Below, in pieces: positions 10,905 to 20,979 of a stretch of DNA of 64,000 nt. Under the pieces are notes generated by a model. That model did not search any database. It was not told the origin of the DNA and was given only the letters and a program-made list of their open reading frames with translations. Position 1 is the stretch's first letter; each line of letters begins with the position of its first letter. A program made the position numbers and the translations under genes. This DNA is from a bacterium (lineage in GTDB: Bacteria; Zhuqueibacterota; Zhuqueibacteria; Residuimicrobiales; Krinioviventaceae), in contig OY843751.1 in assembly GCA_963693055.1 (NCBI GenBank), positions 6,272,001 to 6,336,000 of the forward strand, in the 5' to 3' direction.

Positions 10905-11714
10905 ATGCCATCATTTATTGATAAAGTAAAAAGCTGCATTGATAAACAAAATTCGTTGTTATGTGTAGGATTGGATACGGTACTTGAAAAGATACCGGAC
11001 CATTTGAAAAATGCTTCAGAGCCCTTGTTCGAATTCAACAAGGCTATAATCGACGCAACTGCAGAACACGCTGCTGCTTTCAAGGTAAATACAGCATTTT
11101 ATGAAGCGTATGGAGTGGAAGGATGGACAGCTTTAAAAAAGACGTTTGATTACCTCCCGGATAATGTTGTAAAAATAGCAGACGCAAAACGCGGAGATAT
11201 TGGCAATACGGCAAAAATGTACGCAAGATCTGTGTTTGATTATTTGAACGCGGATGCCGTCACGGTTAATGCGTATATGGGAAGTGATTCCGCAGCTCCG
11301 TTTCTGGAACATACGGAAAAAGGAGTGTTTTTTCTGTGCCTGACTTCGAATCCCGGTTCAAAGGATTTTCAATATTTCTCTGATGGTGATGAAAAACTGT
11401 ACGAAAAAATGGCCAGGACTGTTTATCGCTGGAACGATAAAAACAATTGTGGATTGGTTGTAGGCGCTACACATCCTGATGAATTGGCAGGAATACGCAA
11501 GATCGTTCCTTCGTTACCATTGTTGATACCTGGAATTGGTGCGCAAGGCGGCGATTTGGAAGCTTCTGTAAAGAACGGTACAGATGAAAACGGGTCAATG
11601 GCATTGTTCAACTCAAGCCGAGCTGTGATCTATGCCTCATCTGGAACTGATTTTGCTAAAGCCGCAGCTAAAGCTGCAATGGAAACACGAGACGCTTTAA
11701 ATGCGGCCCGTTAA
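10905..11714 (+). CDS. pyrF: Orotidine-5'-phosphate decarboxylase
   Basis: LCVGLD, DAKRGDIGNT, TSNPGS, VVGAT, PGIGAQGG, NSSRA; start moved to ATG 10905 after GAGG. Confidence 0.96.
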   Translation: MPSFIDKVKSCIDKQNSLLCVGLDTVLEKIPDHLKNASEPLFEFNKAIIDATAEHAAAFKVNTAFYEAYGVEGWTALKKTFDYLPDNVVKIADAKRGDIGNTAKMYARSVFDYLNADAVTVNAYMGSDSAAPFLEHTEKGVFFLCLTSNPGSKDFQYFSDGDEKLYEKMARTVYRWNDKNNCGLVVGATHPDELAGIRKIVPSLPLLIPGIGAQGGDLEASVKNGTDENGSMALFNSSRAVIYASSGTDFAKAAAKAAMETRDALNAAR

Positions 11715-11735
11715 ACAAATTTGAAGGATTATTTT

Positions 11736-12314
11736 ATGGATAAAGATACAGCAATACAAATGTTCAAAGATTCCGGTGCTTTGTTGGAAGGTCATTTTAA
11801 ACTGACATCAGGACTTCACAGTCCTCAATATTTTCAATGTGCCAAAGTTTTACAGTATCCCGCTTATGCTGAGCGGCTCTGCCAGGTTATTGCAGATCAT
11901 TTCAAAGACCTGAATGTAGATTGTGTAATATCTCCCGCAATTGGCGGTATTGTTGCCGGTCAGGAAGTAGGCAGGTTATTGGGTAGACGTGCAATTTTTG
12001 CAGAGCGGCAAGAGGCCGAAATGGTTCTTCGTAGGGGCTTTGAGATAAATCCCGGTGAAAGAGTGTTGGCTGTTGAAGACGTGGTAACAACCGGTGGGTC
12101 TGTCAAAGAAGTGATCAAGCTTGCGCAGGATCTGGGTGCTGAGGTTGTTGGAGCTGCTTTTATTGTAGACAGAAGTAGCGGCAAAGCGGATTTTGATGTA
12201 CCGTTTTTCTCTGTTTTTGAAATGGATGTGGTTACCTATCAACCGGGTTCTTGTTCCTTGTGTGAGCAAGGATTAGACGTGGTTAAACCCGGAAGCCGAA
12301 AGGTGTTTAAATAG
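11736..12314 (+). CDS. pyrE: Orotate phosphoribosyltransferase
   Basis: GHFKLTSGLHS and PRPP motif VEDVVTTGGS; adjacent to pyrF. Confidence 0.96.
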   Translation: MDKDTAIQMFKDSGALLEGHFKLTSGLHSPQYFQCAKVLQYPAYAERLCQVIADHFKDLNVDCVISPAIGGIVAGQEVGRLLGRRAIFAERQEAEMVLRRGFEINPGERVLAVEDVVTTGGSVKEVIKLAQDLGAEVVGAAFIVDRSSGKADFDVPFFSVFEMDVVTYQPGSCSLCEQGLDVVKPGSRKVFK

Positions 12315-12315
12315 T

Positions 12316-13263
12316 ATGGTATTGCTGGTTGTTTTATTCATTGTCGGTATCGGACTATTATATATAGGCGCAGAAGCTCTGGTTACCGGTTCTTCCAGTC
12401 TGGCGTTAAAGATTGGAATACGTCCTTTGATCATTGGTTTCACGATCGTCGCCATGGGCACATCGTCACCAGAGCTGGCAGTGAGTTTGCTTTCAGCCAT
12501 ACAAGGAACCAAAGATATTGCATTGGGCAATATTATTGGAAGCAATATTGCTAATATTGCCCTGGTAATTGGCGTTGCAGCGGTAATCCGTCCCTTGACG
12601 ATACAAATCAACACCATCAAACGAGAAATGCCGTATCTGATTCTTACAACGGTTTTGTTTTATGTGCTCAGTCTGGACAAGGTTTTGGATTATAAAGACG
12701 GATTGATACTGTTGGTTGGATTTATTCTTTTTATTGGCTATATGATCAGGTTGGCGCAAAAAGACAGAAATGCCGGCAGTGCGTTTTTTGATGATATTCC
12801 AACACATAAAAAACAGCGGGCACAATGGCTGAATATCGTTTACATTGTATTGGGACTGGCAGGATTAATAGGCGGTTCGACCATGATGGTCAATTCGGCC
12901 ACTCAGATTGCCGAGCAGTTGGGCGTACCTCCCATTATCATCGGCATGACATTGGTTGCGGTCGGAACATCTTTGCCTGAACTGGCCATCTCTTCTGTTG
13001 GTGCATATCGGGGTGAAGTTGATCTTGCTGTGGGGAATGCGGTTGGCAGCAACTTGTTTAATGTTTTATTTGTGATAGCAATTGTATCTATAATTTATCC
13101 CATTCCGGTAGAACCCTCATTACTAAAATTCGATTATCTTTTTATGCTGGGGCTTACCATCGCGTTTCTACCCATGATGATCAGTAAATTCAAGATCACC
13201 CGTTTAGAAGGGGTTTTACTGATCGTGGTTTATGGTGTATTTCTCTGGTTACAGTTTTCTTGA
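12316..13263 (+). CDS. Calcium/sodium antiporter (YrbG/CaCA family)
   Basis: Two alpha-repeats GTSSPE...GNIIGSN and GTSLPE...GNAVGSN. Confidence 0.93.
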   Translation: MVLLVVLFIVGIGLLYIGAEALVTGSSSLALKIGIRPLIIGFTIVAMGTSSPELAVSLLSAIQGTKDIALGNIIGSNIANIALVIGVAAVIRPLTIQINTIKREMPYLILTTVLFYVLSLDKVLDYKDGLILLVGFILFIGYMIRLAQKDRNAGSAFFDDIPTHKKQRAQWLNIVYIVLGLAGLIGGSTMMVNSATQIAEQLGVPPIIIGMTLVAVGTSLPELAISSVGAYRGEVDLAVGNAVGSNLFNVLFVIAIVSIIYPIPVEPSLLKFDYLFMLGLTIAFLPMMISKFKITRLEGVLLIVVYGVFLWLQFS

Positions 13264-13393
13264 TTATTTGATATGTTTCAATAGCACAGCAACCACCACC
13301 CGGAGGATGCCCTGCTAATCTCACTTTGGTTTTTTAGATTTTAACTGTTTAAATTATTTCCACCAGAGCCTTCTTTAGAAAAGGGGTGTAATA

Positions 13394-14440
13394 ATGAATA
13401 AATATGCATACATGTTGATTTTGTTGGTAGTAGTTACCGCTAATAGTAACGCGCAATATCAGCGGGTCAATCTTGATATTCCCAAAGGTGAATGCCGGAT
13501 ACCTTTGGAAAGACAGGGCAATACTGACTGGTTCAGTGAGGCCGGATGGGGCGTGTTTGTTCATTTTTTATATGACTGCCAGTGTGTAGGCACCCGTATC
13601 TCCAATACGGAACAGAGTACCTCCTGGAATGAATGTGTAAACAATTTTGATACAGAACAATTTGCGACTGACATTGCATCAACAGGGGCCCGATATGTGA
13701 TTTTTACCATGATGCAGAGAACACGCTATCTAATCGCTCCCAACGATACCTATAACAAACTGACCGGTTATAAACCCGGAGAAGCCTGTTCAGAACGTGA
13801 TCTGGTGCTGGATTTGATTGAATCCCTTGAAAAGTATGATATAACATTAATGCTCTACTGGACTGGTGATGGTCCGCGACAGGACAAGCAGGCCTCAGAC
13901 GGTTTGGGGGGCTGGAATGGTAAAGTAACCGACGAATATGTTCAAAATTGGGCGGATGTTGTTAAAGAATATGGTGAGCGATATAAAGATAAAGTCGCAG
14001 GCTGGTGGGTAGATGGTTGTTACGATCATCTTGATTATAATCAAAAACGATGGACTATACTTGCAAAGGCCCTACGTGCGGGAAATCCCAAACGCATTAT
14101 AGCATTAAACAATCCAACCATGCAGCATGCAAATTCTTCAACACTTGAAGATGATTTCACCACAGGTGAAAACAACGAGTTTGGCGAAATTCCTGAATCA
14201 CGCTGGGTAGATGGCGTACAGTGGCATACACTTTCCTATCTTGGCAAACAATGGTGTGATGCAGGATTGCGGTATGACCGTGACTGGCTGGCGGATTATG
14301 TATTCAAGTGCAACAGCGTTGGTGGCGTGGTTTCCATAGATGTTTTATTGTTTAGCGATGGTTCAATCGAACGTTCGCATCTTGTAGCTTTGCAGGGAAT
14401 GAACCGGCGTTTGATTGTGATGAAAAATGAAGAAAAATAG
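13394..14440 (+). CDS. Secreted GH29-like (alpha-L-fucosidase-like) glycoside hydrolase, catalytic barrel only
   Basis: Signal peptide; WF...WGVFVHF, GARYVIFT, RDLV, and GWWVDG resembling the GH29 nucleophile loop. Confidence 0.65.
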   Translation: MNKYAYMLILLVVVTANSNAQYQRVNLDIPKGECRIPLERQGNTDWFSEAGWGVFVHFLYDCQCVGTRISNTEQSTSWNECVNNFDTEQFATDIASTGARYVIFTMMQRTRYLIAPNDTYNKLTGYKPGEACSERDLVLDLIESLEKYDITLMLYWTGDGPRQDKQASDGLGGWNGKVTDEYVQNWADVVKEYGERYKDKVAGWWVDGCYDHLDYNQKRWTILAKALRAGNPKRIIALNNPTMQHANSSTLEDDFTTGENNEFGEIPESRWVDGVQWHTLSYLGKQWCDAGLRYDRDWLADYVFKCNSVGGVVSIDVLLFSDGSIERSHLVALQGMNRRLIVMKNEEK

Positions 14441-14647
14441 CAATTTTGTAAAGTAATTAATTGTAAGGGATTTCGATTTTTTTTGTAACAAATATAATTT
14501 AAATTAGTATAATTGTGAGATAAAAATTTAATTGGTTATTACAAAGGAGAATGTTTTTTATGCGTAATAGAATAGAGAGTGTGAGATATCTTTTAGGAGA
14601 AAAATTCAATAAATTTAACAATCGAATATTTTTACCTGGAGATAAAA

Positions 14648-15799
14648 ATGTCAAATTTACAGGAACAACAAATAAAGGACATACACACTAGTTCTAATAC
14701 AAATAATACAGAATCTGAAAATAGTTTATCAGAAACTTTGCTTGAAAAATTGGGTTATGACGAGTGGATTCAATCCAATAGCAAAGAATATATTAAAGAC
14801 AATTTTAAAATTGCGCGTGTTATCAAAGTAAACAAGAATAATTATAATGTCAGTAATGGCAGTAATGAAATGTTTGCCGAGTTGTCGGGCAAATTTTTAT
14901 TCAATATTGAAAGCAGTGTTGATTACCCTACAGTCGGTGACTGGGTGGTTGTACAATGTTTTGATGATGATTCTCTGGCAATTATACATCATGTGTTACC
15001 TCGTAAATCGTTATTAAAGCGTAAAGATCCCGGAAAAGCTGTAGAATTTCAATTAATAGCAGCCAACATTGATTATGCGTTTATCATGCAATCTGTTGAT
15101 TTGAATTTCAATTTGAACCGATTGGAGAGGTATTTTGTTATGGCCAGTGAAAGCAAAATACAGCCAATCATTATTCTGAGTAAAATTGATTTAATTTCCG
15201 AGGATGAACTTGGTGAAATCAAGGAAAAGATTCAACGTTTTAGTGATAAATACTTGTTTTTACCCATCAGTAACGTAAACGATGATGGCATTGAATCATT
15301 GCGGAAAGCGCTTCAAGCCGGCAAAACCTATTGTCTATTAGGTTCCTCCGGTGTTGGCAAGACCACATTGCTAAACAATTTGTTGGGTGAACAGCAGTTC
15401 AGAGTAAGCGAGATCAGAGAAAAAGACAGCAAAGGCAGGCATACAACCGTAAGAAGGGAGCTAGTCTCACTGGATTCCGGAAGTATTTTTATTGACACGC
15501 CAGGCATGAGAGAACTCGAAAACTTTGGTGTTGATACCGGCCTTGAAGAAACATTTGATGAATTGGTTGCTTTTGCAAGTGGGTGCCGCTTTAAAGACTG
15601 CACCCATGTGCATGAAGATGGATGTGCCGTAAAAGAAGCGGTTGAGCAGGGACAGATCGATGAAGAGAGATACAACAACTATCTCAAGATCCGGAAAGAA
15701 GCGGCATTTTATAATATGACATATCTTGAAAAACGAAAGCGGGACAAGTCGTTCGGCAAAATGGTCAAAGATTATAAAAAATCGATTCGGAAAAAATAA
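14648..15799 (+). CDS. rsgA: Ribosome small subunit-dependent GTPase A
   Basis: PTVGDWV, AANID, SKID, GSSGVGKTT, GRHTT, DTPG and Zn site CRFKDCTHVHEDGC. Confidence 0.96.
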   Translation: MSNLQEQQIKDIHTSSNTNNTESENSLSETLLEKLGYDEWIQSNSKEYIKDNFKIARVIKVNKNNYNVSNGSNEMFAELSGKFLFNIESSVDYPTVGDWVVVQCFDDDSLAIIHHVLPRKSLLKRKDPGKAVEFQLIAANIDYAFIMQSVDLNFNLNRLERYFVMASESKIQPIIILSKIDLISEDELGEIKEKIQRFSDKYLFLPISNVNDDGIESLRKALQAGKTYCLLGSSGVGKTTLLNNLLGEQQFRVSEIREKDSKGRHTTVRRELVSLDSGSIFIDTPGMRELENFGVDTGLEETFDELVAFASGCRFKDCTHVHEDGCAVKEAVEQGQIDEERYNNYLKIRKEAAFYNMTYLEKRKRDKSFGKMVKDYKKSIRKK

Positions 15800-15946
15800 G
15801 TAATTTGGGTAATGTTTTGATATGAATTAGGGTGAGCACGAAAAGTGTTTGCCCTTTTTTTATAAGGGGTTTTGTTGCATGTATTTGCCGGGCAAATTTG
15901 ATATTATTACAATGGAATCATATCAATCTAAACTGAATAGTAATAA

Positions 15947-15973
15947 AAAAAGCCCTTCAATTGAAGGGCTTTT
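15947..15973. terminator. Bidirectional intrinsic terminator between convergent rsgA and sigma factor genes
   Basis: Perfect inverted repeat AAAAGCCCTTCAA-TTGAAGGGCTTTT flanked by A/T runs. Confidence 0.8.
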
Positions 15974-15975
15974 AA

Positions 15976-16863
15976 TTAACCTAAATATTTTCTCAACGGA
16001 TCAAGCCGCGAGCGGTGACGCAGGCGTCGTAATGCTTTTTCTTTGATCTGGCGAACACGTTCACGTGTCAGTTCAAAATATTCGCCAATCTCTTCGAGTG
16101 TAAGGGGTCTGTCTCCGTCCAAACCGAAATAGAGTTTAACGATTTCAGCTTCTCTGGATTTTAATGTAGACAATACTTTTTCAATTTCTTCGCGAAGAGA
16201 CGCGCGCATCAGCTTGCCATCCGGGGGTTCATATCTATCACTTTCCAATACATCGAGCAAACTGTTACCTTCGTCTTCTTTGAAAGGTTCGTCAAGAGAG
16301 AGGTGACGAGCGGATGTTTTTAAAACATCTGCAACTTCCAGGGAAGACATTTCCATTCTACCTGCTATTTCATCCATGCTGGGTTCGCGCCCGAATTTTT
16401 TCTCCAAATCTTCCAGAGCCCTGCCGACTTTATTTATTGCTCCTACTCTATTGAGGGGCAAACGCACAACGCGTGATTGTTCGGCCAACGCCTGAAGAAT
16501 GGACTGACGAATCCACCATACAGCATACGAGATGAATTTGAATCCACGGGTTTCATCAAATCTTTGCGCTGCTTTAATTAATCCAAGGTTACCTTCGCTG
16601 ATCAGATCCTGTAACGGCAGACCCTGTCCTTGGTATTCCTTGGCAACGCTTATGACGAAACGAAGATTGGCTTTAACCAATTCTTCAAGTGCGGATTCAT
16701 CTCCCTGACGAATTCTACCTGCCAGGGAAATTTCCTGTTCCGGAGGAAGAGGTGAAAAGTTACCAATTTCTTCAAGGTACTTTTCAATAGATTCTTTGGT
16801 ACGAACTTCTTTTTCTTTAACTTTTTTGTTTTTTACCGCTTTTTTGGTGATTTCTTGTTCCAA
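15976..16863 (-). CDS. RpoD/SigA-family RNA polymerase sigma factor, short form lacking region 1.1
   Basis: LVKANLRFVISVAK, DLISEGNLGL, GFKFISYAVWWIRQSI, TLEEIG...LTRERVRQI; TTG start. Confidence 0.93.
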   Translation of the reverse strand: MEQEITKKAVKNKKVKEKEVRTKESIEKYLEEIGNFSPLPPEQEISLAGRIRQGDESALEELVKANLRFVISVAKEYQGQGLPLQDLISEGNLGLIKAAQRFDETRGFKFISYAVWWIRQSILQALAEQSRVVRLPLNRVGAINKVGRALEDLEKKFGREPSMDEIAGRMEMSSLEVADVLKTSARHLSLDEPFKEDEGNSLLDVLESDRYEPPDGKLMRASLREEIEKVLSTLKSREAEIVKLYFGLDGDRPLTLEEIGEYFELTRERVRQIKEKALRRLRHRSRLDPLRKYLG

Positions 16864-17037
16864 CGATCTTTTCCTTTAGAGGTTCATAATAAACAACTCT
16901 GGCCTGGTTCTAAACGAATCCGGTCGGTCATTGGTTTTAACAAATATTTATTTCTAAAAATTCAATAGATTGATAGAAATTTTCGTTATGATCCAAAATT
17001 GTTGACACATAACGACGCAGAGATACAGACATCGTCT

Positions 17038-17066
17038 AATTTATTACTTTTTATTGACAAAGTCAA
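17038..17066 (-). promoter_or_regulatory. Sigma70-type promoter for the sigma factor gene
   Basis: Minus strand TTGACT-N17-TAAATT. Confidence 0.5.
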
Positions 17067-17082
17067 GTACTCTTGTTATTAT
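17054..17082 (+). promoter_or_regulatory. Near-consensus sigma70-type promoter facing the 3' end of trkH (antisense)
   Basis: TTGACA-N17-TATTAT with extended -10 TG. Confidence 0.45.
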
Positions 17083-17116
17083 ATAATATTAAATACGCTA
17101 ATTGCGTAAAGTTCCA

Positions 17117-18559
17117 TTATTTTTTCCAGAATTCCGGAATAATGAGGATTAATATGGTATATAATTCCAGTCTTCCTAATAACATGAAAAATGACAATAC
17201 CCATTTACCAAACATAGGTACATACGCGTAATGATCGGTCGGCCCTACCATTCCTAATCCCGGGCCAATATTACCCAGGGTTGCAGCCACACTGGAAGTT
17301 GCAGTTATCAGATCGAGGCCCAGCAGAGCCATAATAACTGAACCAGTGGTAAAGATGAGCATGTAAATGAGGAAAAATCCTAAAACATTGGTAACTACAT
17401 CGGGCTGAATGACCCTGCCACCCAGTCGAAGCGGCATAAATGCGTTCGGGTGTAGCAGTTTTTTAATTTCGTTCACACCTTGTTTCAATACAATCATGAT
17501 GCGGATCATTTTAATTGAGCCCCCTGTAGACCCCGCACATCCGCCCATAAACATAAGTATAAGCATGATCAATTGTCCGCCACCTGACCACTGTTCAAAG
17601 TCGTGTGTACCATAACCGGTTGTTGTGGTTATAGAGACAACCTGAAATATTGCGCCGCGAAAAGCATGACCAATACTTGAATATCCGCTGAAATAGACCA
17701 CAATCGTTACAATAACAGTTATCAACACTGTGAATTTGAGATAAAACAGAAATTCCCGGTCTTTCCAATAGGCTTTAAAGTTGCCCTTTAATACGGCGTA
17801 ATGCAGACTGAAATTGGTTCCTGCCAGGAACATGAAAATGATGATAATGGTTTCGATATATATACTGTTATAATGACCTATACTGGCATTTTTTGTGGAA
17901 AATCCTCCGGTTGCCATGGTACCGAATGTGTGGCAAAGCGAGTCAAATAGATCCATTCCCCCAAACATGAGCAAAACGGTTTCAATCGCAGACAAGAGCA
18001 GGTAAACCACCCACAATATTTTGGCGGTTTCTTTGATACGTGGACTTAACTTGTCCGGAGTTGGTCCCGGCACTTCGGCTTTGAATAACTGCATTCCACC
18101 GACACCCAAAATGGGAAGTATGGCTATAGAGAGCACAATGATGCCCATTCCACCCAGCCAGTGGGTAAGACTGCGCCAAAACAAAATACCATGCGGCATG
18201 GATTCAATATCGGTAAGAATACTTGCCCCGGTGGTAGTAAATCCGGACATGGTTTCGAAAAATGCATCGGTATAGGAGGGGATAGCACCAGACAGATAAA
18301 AAGGGATAGCGCCAAAGATAGCCAGGGTAGTCCAACCAAAACCTACAATGGCAAATCCTTCACGAATTCTCAAGTCACCACGTGTACGGGTGAAAAAATA
18401 CAAAATCCCACCTACTCCAACGCTGATCAGAATAGAAATTATAAATGCGGTGGCATCATGATCGTGATAATACAGGGAAAAGCCCAAAGGAGGAAGCAGA
18501 GATAGCCCCTCAAAAACCAGCAATGCGCTCAAAACATGCAATACGGCTTTATAATTCAT
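17117..18559 (-). CDS. trkH: Trk potassium uptake membrane protein
   Basis: SGFTTTGAS, ATGGFS, TTTGYG, GSTGG, NIGPG, GRLE pore motifs. Confidence 0.96.
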   Translation of the reverse strand: MNYKAVLHVLSALLVFEGLSLLPPLGFSLYYHDHDATAFIISILISVGVGGILYFFTRTRGDLRIREGFAIVGFGWTTLAIFGAIPFYLSGAIPSYTDAFFETMSGFTTTGASILTDIESMPHGILFWRSLTHWLGGMGIIVLSIAILPILGVGGMQLFKAEVPGPTPDKLSPRIKETAKILWVVYLLLSAIETVLLMFGGMDLFDSLCHTFGTMATGGFSTKNASIGHYNSIYIETIIIIFMFLAGTNFSLHYAVLKGNFKAYWKDREFLFYLKFTVLITVIVTIVVYFSGYSSIGHAFRGAIFQVVSITTTTGYGTHDFEQWSGGGQLIMLILMFMGGCAGSTGGSIKMIRIMIVLKQGVNEIKKLLHPNAFMPLRLGGRVIQPDVVTNVLGFFLIYMLIFTTGSVIMALLGLDLITATSSVAATLGNIGPGLGMVGPTDHYAYVPMFGKWVLSFFMLLGRLELYTILILIIPEFWKK

Positions 18560-18575
18560 TATCAGGTACCTTTTA

Positions 18576-19925
18576 TTAGCCGAATAATTTTTCTACGGTT
18601 TTGACCATTTTGGGTAGAGAGAAAATGATCAAATTATCATCGGGTTCAAGTCTGGAATCACCGGTAGGTACAAATACTGTGCCGTTGCGCATGATCAGTC
18701 CAATAATAATGTCTCGTGGTATCTTGCATTGTTTGACAGTTTTATTGGCAATTTTGGACTTTTTACCCACATTTATTTCAAACACTTCGGCTTCAATGCC
18801 TCTCAAAGTTGCAAAAGAGATGATATTGCCTCGTCTGATAAATCGTAAAATTGCATTTGCAGTGATCATCTGCTGGTCTACTGCCGCATCCAGGCCAATG
18901 GAAGACATGACCGGCATATAATCTGAACGATTTACCAGGGCCAAAGTACGCTTTACTCCCAGATGTTTTGCCAGCAGGCACGAGATAATGTTTGTCTCTT
19001 CGTCGTTGGTTACGGCAATGTAACCATCCATGTCCATTATGCCCTCTGTTGCCAACAGGTCAATGTCGGTTCCGTCACCCATAATAATCAGGGTTCTTTG
19101 CACGGCTTGGGCAATTTTTTCGGATTTTGCTCTGCTGCTTTCTATCAATTTTATAGTAAGATGACGGTCTTTTTCCATTTCGGCGGCCACCATTCTGCCA
19201 ACCATACCGCCGCCTAGAATCATCAGGTTTTCCATTTTTTCTTCACTTTTGCCAGCTAACGACAAAATCTGGGGTACGCGGCTGGTTTCTGTTATAAAGA
19301 ACAACTGGTCGCCTTTATTTACAACATCATTCCCGGTAGGGATGATGGTTTTCTGGTTGCCTCTAAAGATGGCAACAACACGGAATACGGCATCCGGATA
19401 TTGTTCGGTGATCTGTTGAAAGGATTTGTTCAAAATAGGAGAATTCCGGTCAATTCTCAAGCCGATCAATTGAATTCTACCTTCGGCAAATTCTACAACA
19501 TCTGTGGCGGCTGTTCGTTTGATGAGCCATACCAACTCTCGAGCAGTTTCTTCTTCCGGATGAATTATGTAATCGATGCCCATATCTTCTTTTTTAAGGA
19601 TGGCATTGGGGTCACTATAAGCGGTATTGCGAAGTCTGGCAATTTTGGTTTTGACTCCGGCTTTGGCGGCAATCATGCAGGCGAGAACGTTAACCTCGTC
19701 TACAGCGGTAACTGCAATGATCATATCACTGCTTTCCAGGCCGCCTTTTTTCAGAATTTCCTGGTCGGAACCATTTCCCTCAAGCACCAGGGCATCCAAA
19801 AGATCGTTGGCTTTTTTGCAAACATCAGAGTTCGAGTCGATAACAGTTATATCGTGGTTTTCAGCGGACAAGATTTTTCCCAGGTGCAAACCCACCTGGC
19901 CCGCGCCTACGATAAGTATTTTCAT
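18576..19925 (-). CDS. trkA: Trk potassium uptake NAD-binding protein
   Basis: Two RCK modules, GAGQVG and GGGMVG; 449 aa; adjacent to trkH. Confidence 0.96.
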   Translation of the reverse strand: MKILIVGAGQVGLHLGKILSAENHDITVIDSNSDVCKKANDLLDALVLEGNGSDQEILKKGGLESSDMIIAVTAVDEVNVLACMIAAKAGVKTKIARLRNTAYSDPNAILKKEDMGIDYIIHPEEETARELVWLIKRTAATDVVEFAEGRIQLIGLRIDRNSPILNKSFQQITEQYPDAVFRVVAIFRGNQKTIIPTGNDVVNKGDQLFFITETSRVPQILSLAGKSEEKMENLMILGGGMVGRMVAAEMEKDRHLTIKLIESSRAKSEKIAQAVQRTLIIMGDGTDIDLLATEGIMDMDGYIAVTNDEETNIISCLLAKHLGVKRTLALVNRSDYMPVMSSIGLDAAVDQQMITANAILRFIRRGNIISFATLRGIEAEVFEINVGKKSKIANKTVKQCKIPRDIIIGLIMRNGTVFVPTGDSRLEPDDNLIIFSLPKMVKTVEKLFG

Positions 19926-20968
19926 GAAAAATCCCTTTTTTCAAATTTATTAGTCATGATTTCAATAGCAGCACAAATGTCAGTTTCGTCTATTTCAAGA
20001 TGAGTCACAAAGCGAATTCTGGTTTCGGAAAAAGCGATGCACAGTACTCCGCTGTTTTGCAGGCTTGAGGCAATAGCAGGTGCTGGTACATTAAATTGTG
20101 AAAAATCTGCAATAACTATATTGGTAGCTGTTTCTTTTAAATTTACAGTCACACCATCAACAGAATTAAAAAATTCTGCTAGTGTTTTGGCATTTTGATG
20201 GTCTTTATCGAGTTTTTGCAGGTTATTATCAAGAGCATATAGCGCTCCCGCTGCTAAAAGCCCTGCTTGACGCATTCCACCGCCAAACATTTTACGGTAC
20301 CGGTGCGCTCTGTTGATTAATTCAAAAGAGCCTGCAATGGCAGAGCCAACCGGCGCGCCCAAGCCTTTTGAAAAACAGACAGAAACCGAATCAAACTGTG
20401 CTGCATATTCGTCTAGAGGTACACCTGTGGCAACGTGAGCGTTCCACAGTCTTGCGCCGTCTAAATGCATTTTAAAATCATAAAATTCCGCAGTTTTGCG
20501 GATATCTTTGATCAGATCGATAGGATATATTGTGCCTCCTGCCGAGTTGTGAGTGTTTTCCAATTCAATGAGGCGGGTTTGTGCGTAATGGCTGTCTTTG
20601 GGGCGTATGGCCTGTTTGATCTGGTCCGGATGGATACGGCCGTAATCCCCAACGAGAGTGTTGTATTGGATGCCTGAAAGCATGCTGCCTGCACCACCCT
20701 CATAATTGAAAATATGACATCCTTTTTCACAAATCACTTCGTCACCGGGAATTGTATGGCATTTAATAGCGATCTGGTTTGCCATGGTACCACTGGGAAC
20801 AAACAGGGCTGCGTCTTTGCCCAGCAATTCGGCGGTCCTTTTTTGCAATTCGTTAATGGTTGGGTCTTCGCCAAAGACGTCATCGCCTACAGGTGCGTTG
20901 GCAATAAAATCACGCATGGCCTGGGTGGGCTTTGTAATGGTATCGCTTCTCAGATCAATAGTTTTCAT
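19922..20968 (-). CDS. ltaE: Low-specificity L-threonine aldolase
   Basis: DLRSDT, GDDVFGEDPT, SGTMAN, ENTHN, HLDGARLWNA, CFSKGLGAPVG. Confidence 0.95.
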   Translation of the reverse strand: MKTIDLRSDTITKPTQAMRDFIANAPVGDDVFGEDPTINELQKRTAELLGKDAALFVPSGTMANQIAIKCHTIPGDEVICEKGCHIFNYEGGAGSMLSGIQYNTLVGDYGRIHPDQIKQAIRPKDSHYAQTRLIELENTHNSAGGTIYPIDLIKDIRKTAEFYDFKMHLDGARLWNAHVATGVPLDEYAAQFDSVSVCFSKGLGAPVGSAIAGSFELINRAHRYRKMFGGGMRQAGLLAAGALYALDNNLQKLDKDHQNAKTLAEFFNSVDGVTVNLKETATNIVIADFSQFNVPAPAIASSLQNSGVLCIAFSETRIRFVTHLEIDETDICAAIEIMTNKFEKRDFS

Positions 20969-20979
20969 GGTGTTCCTAT

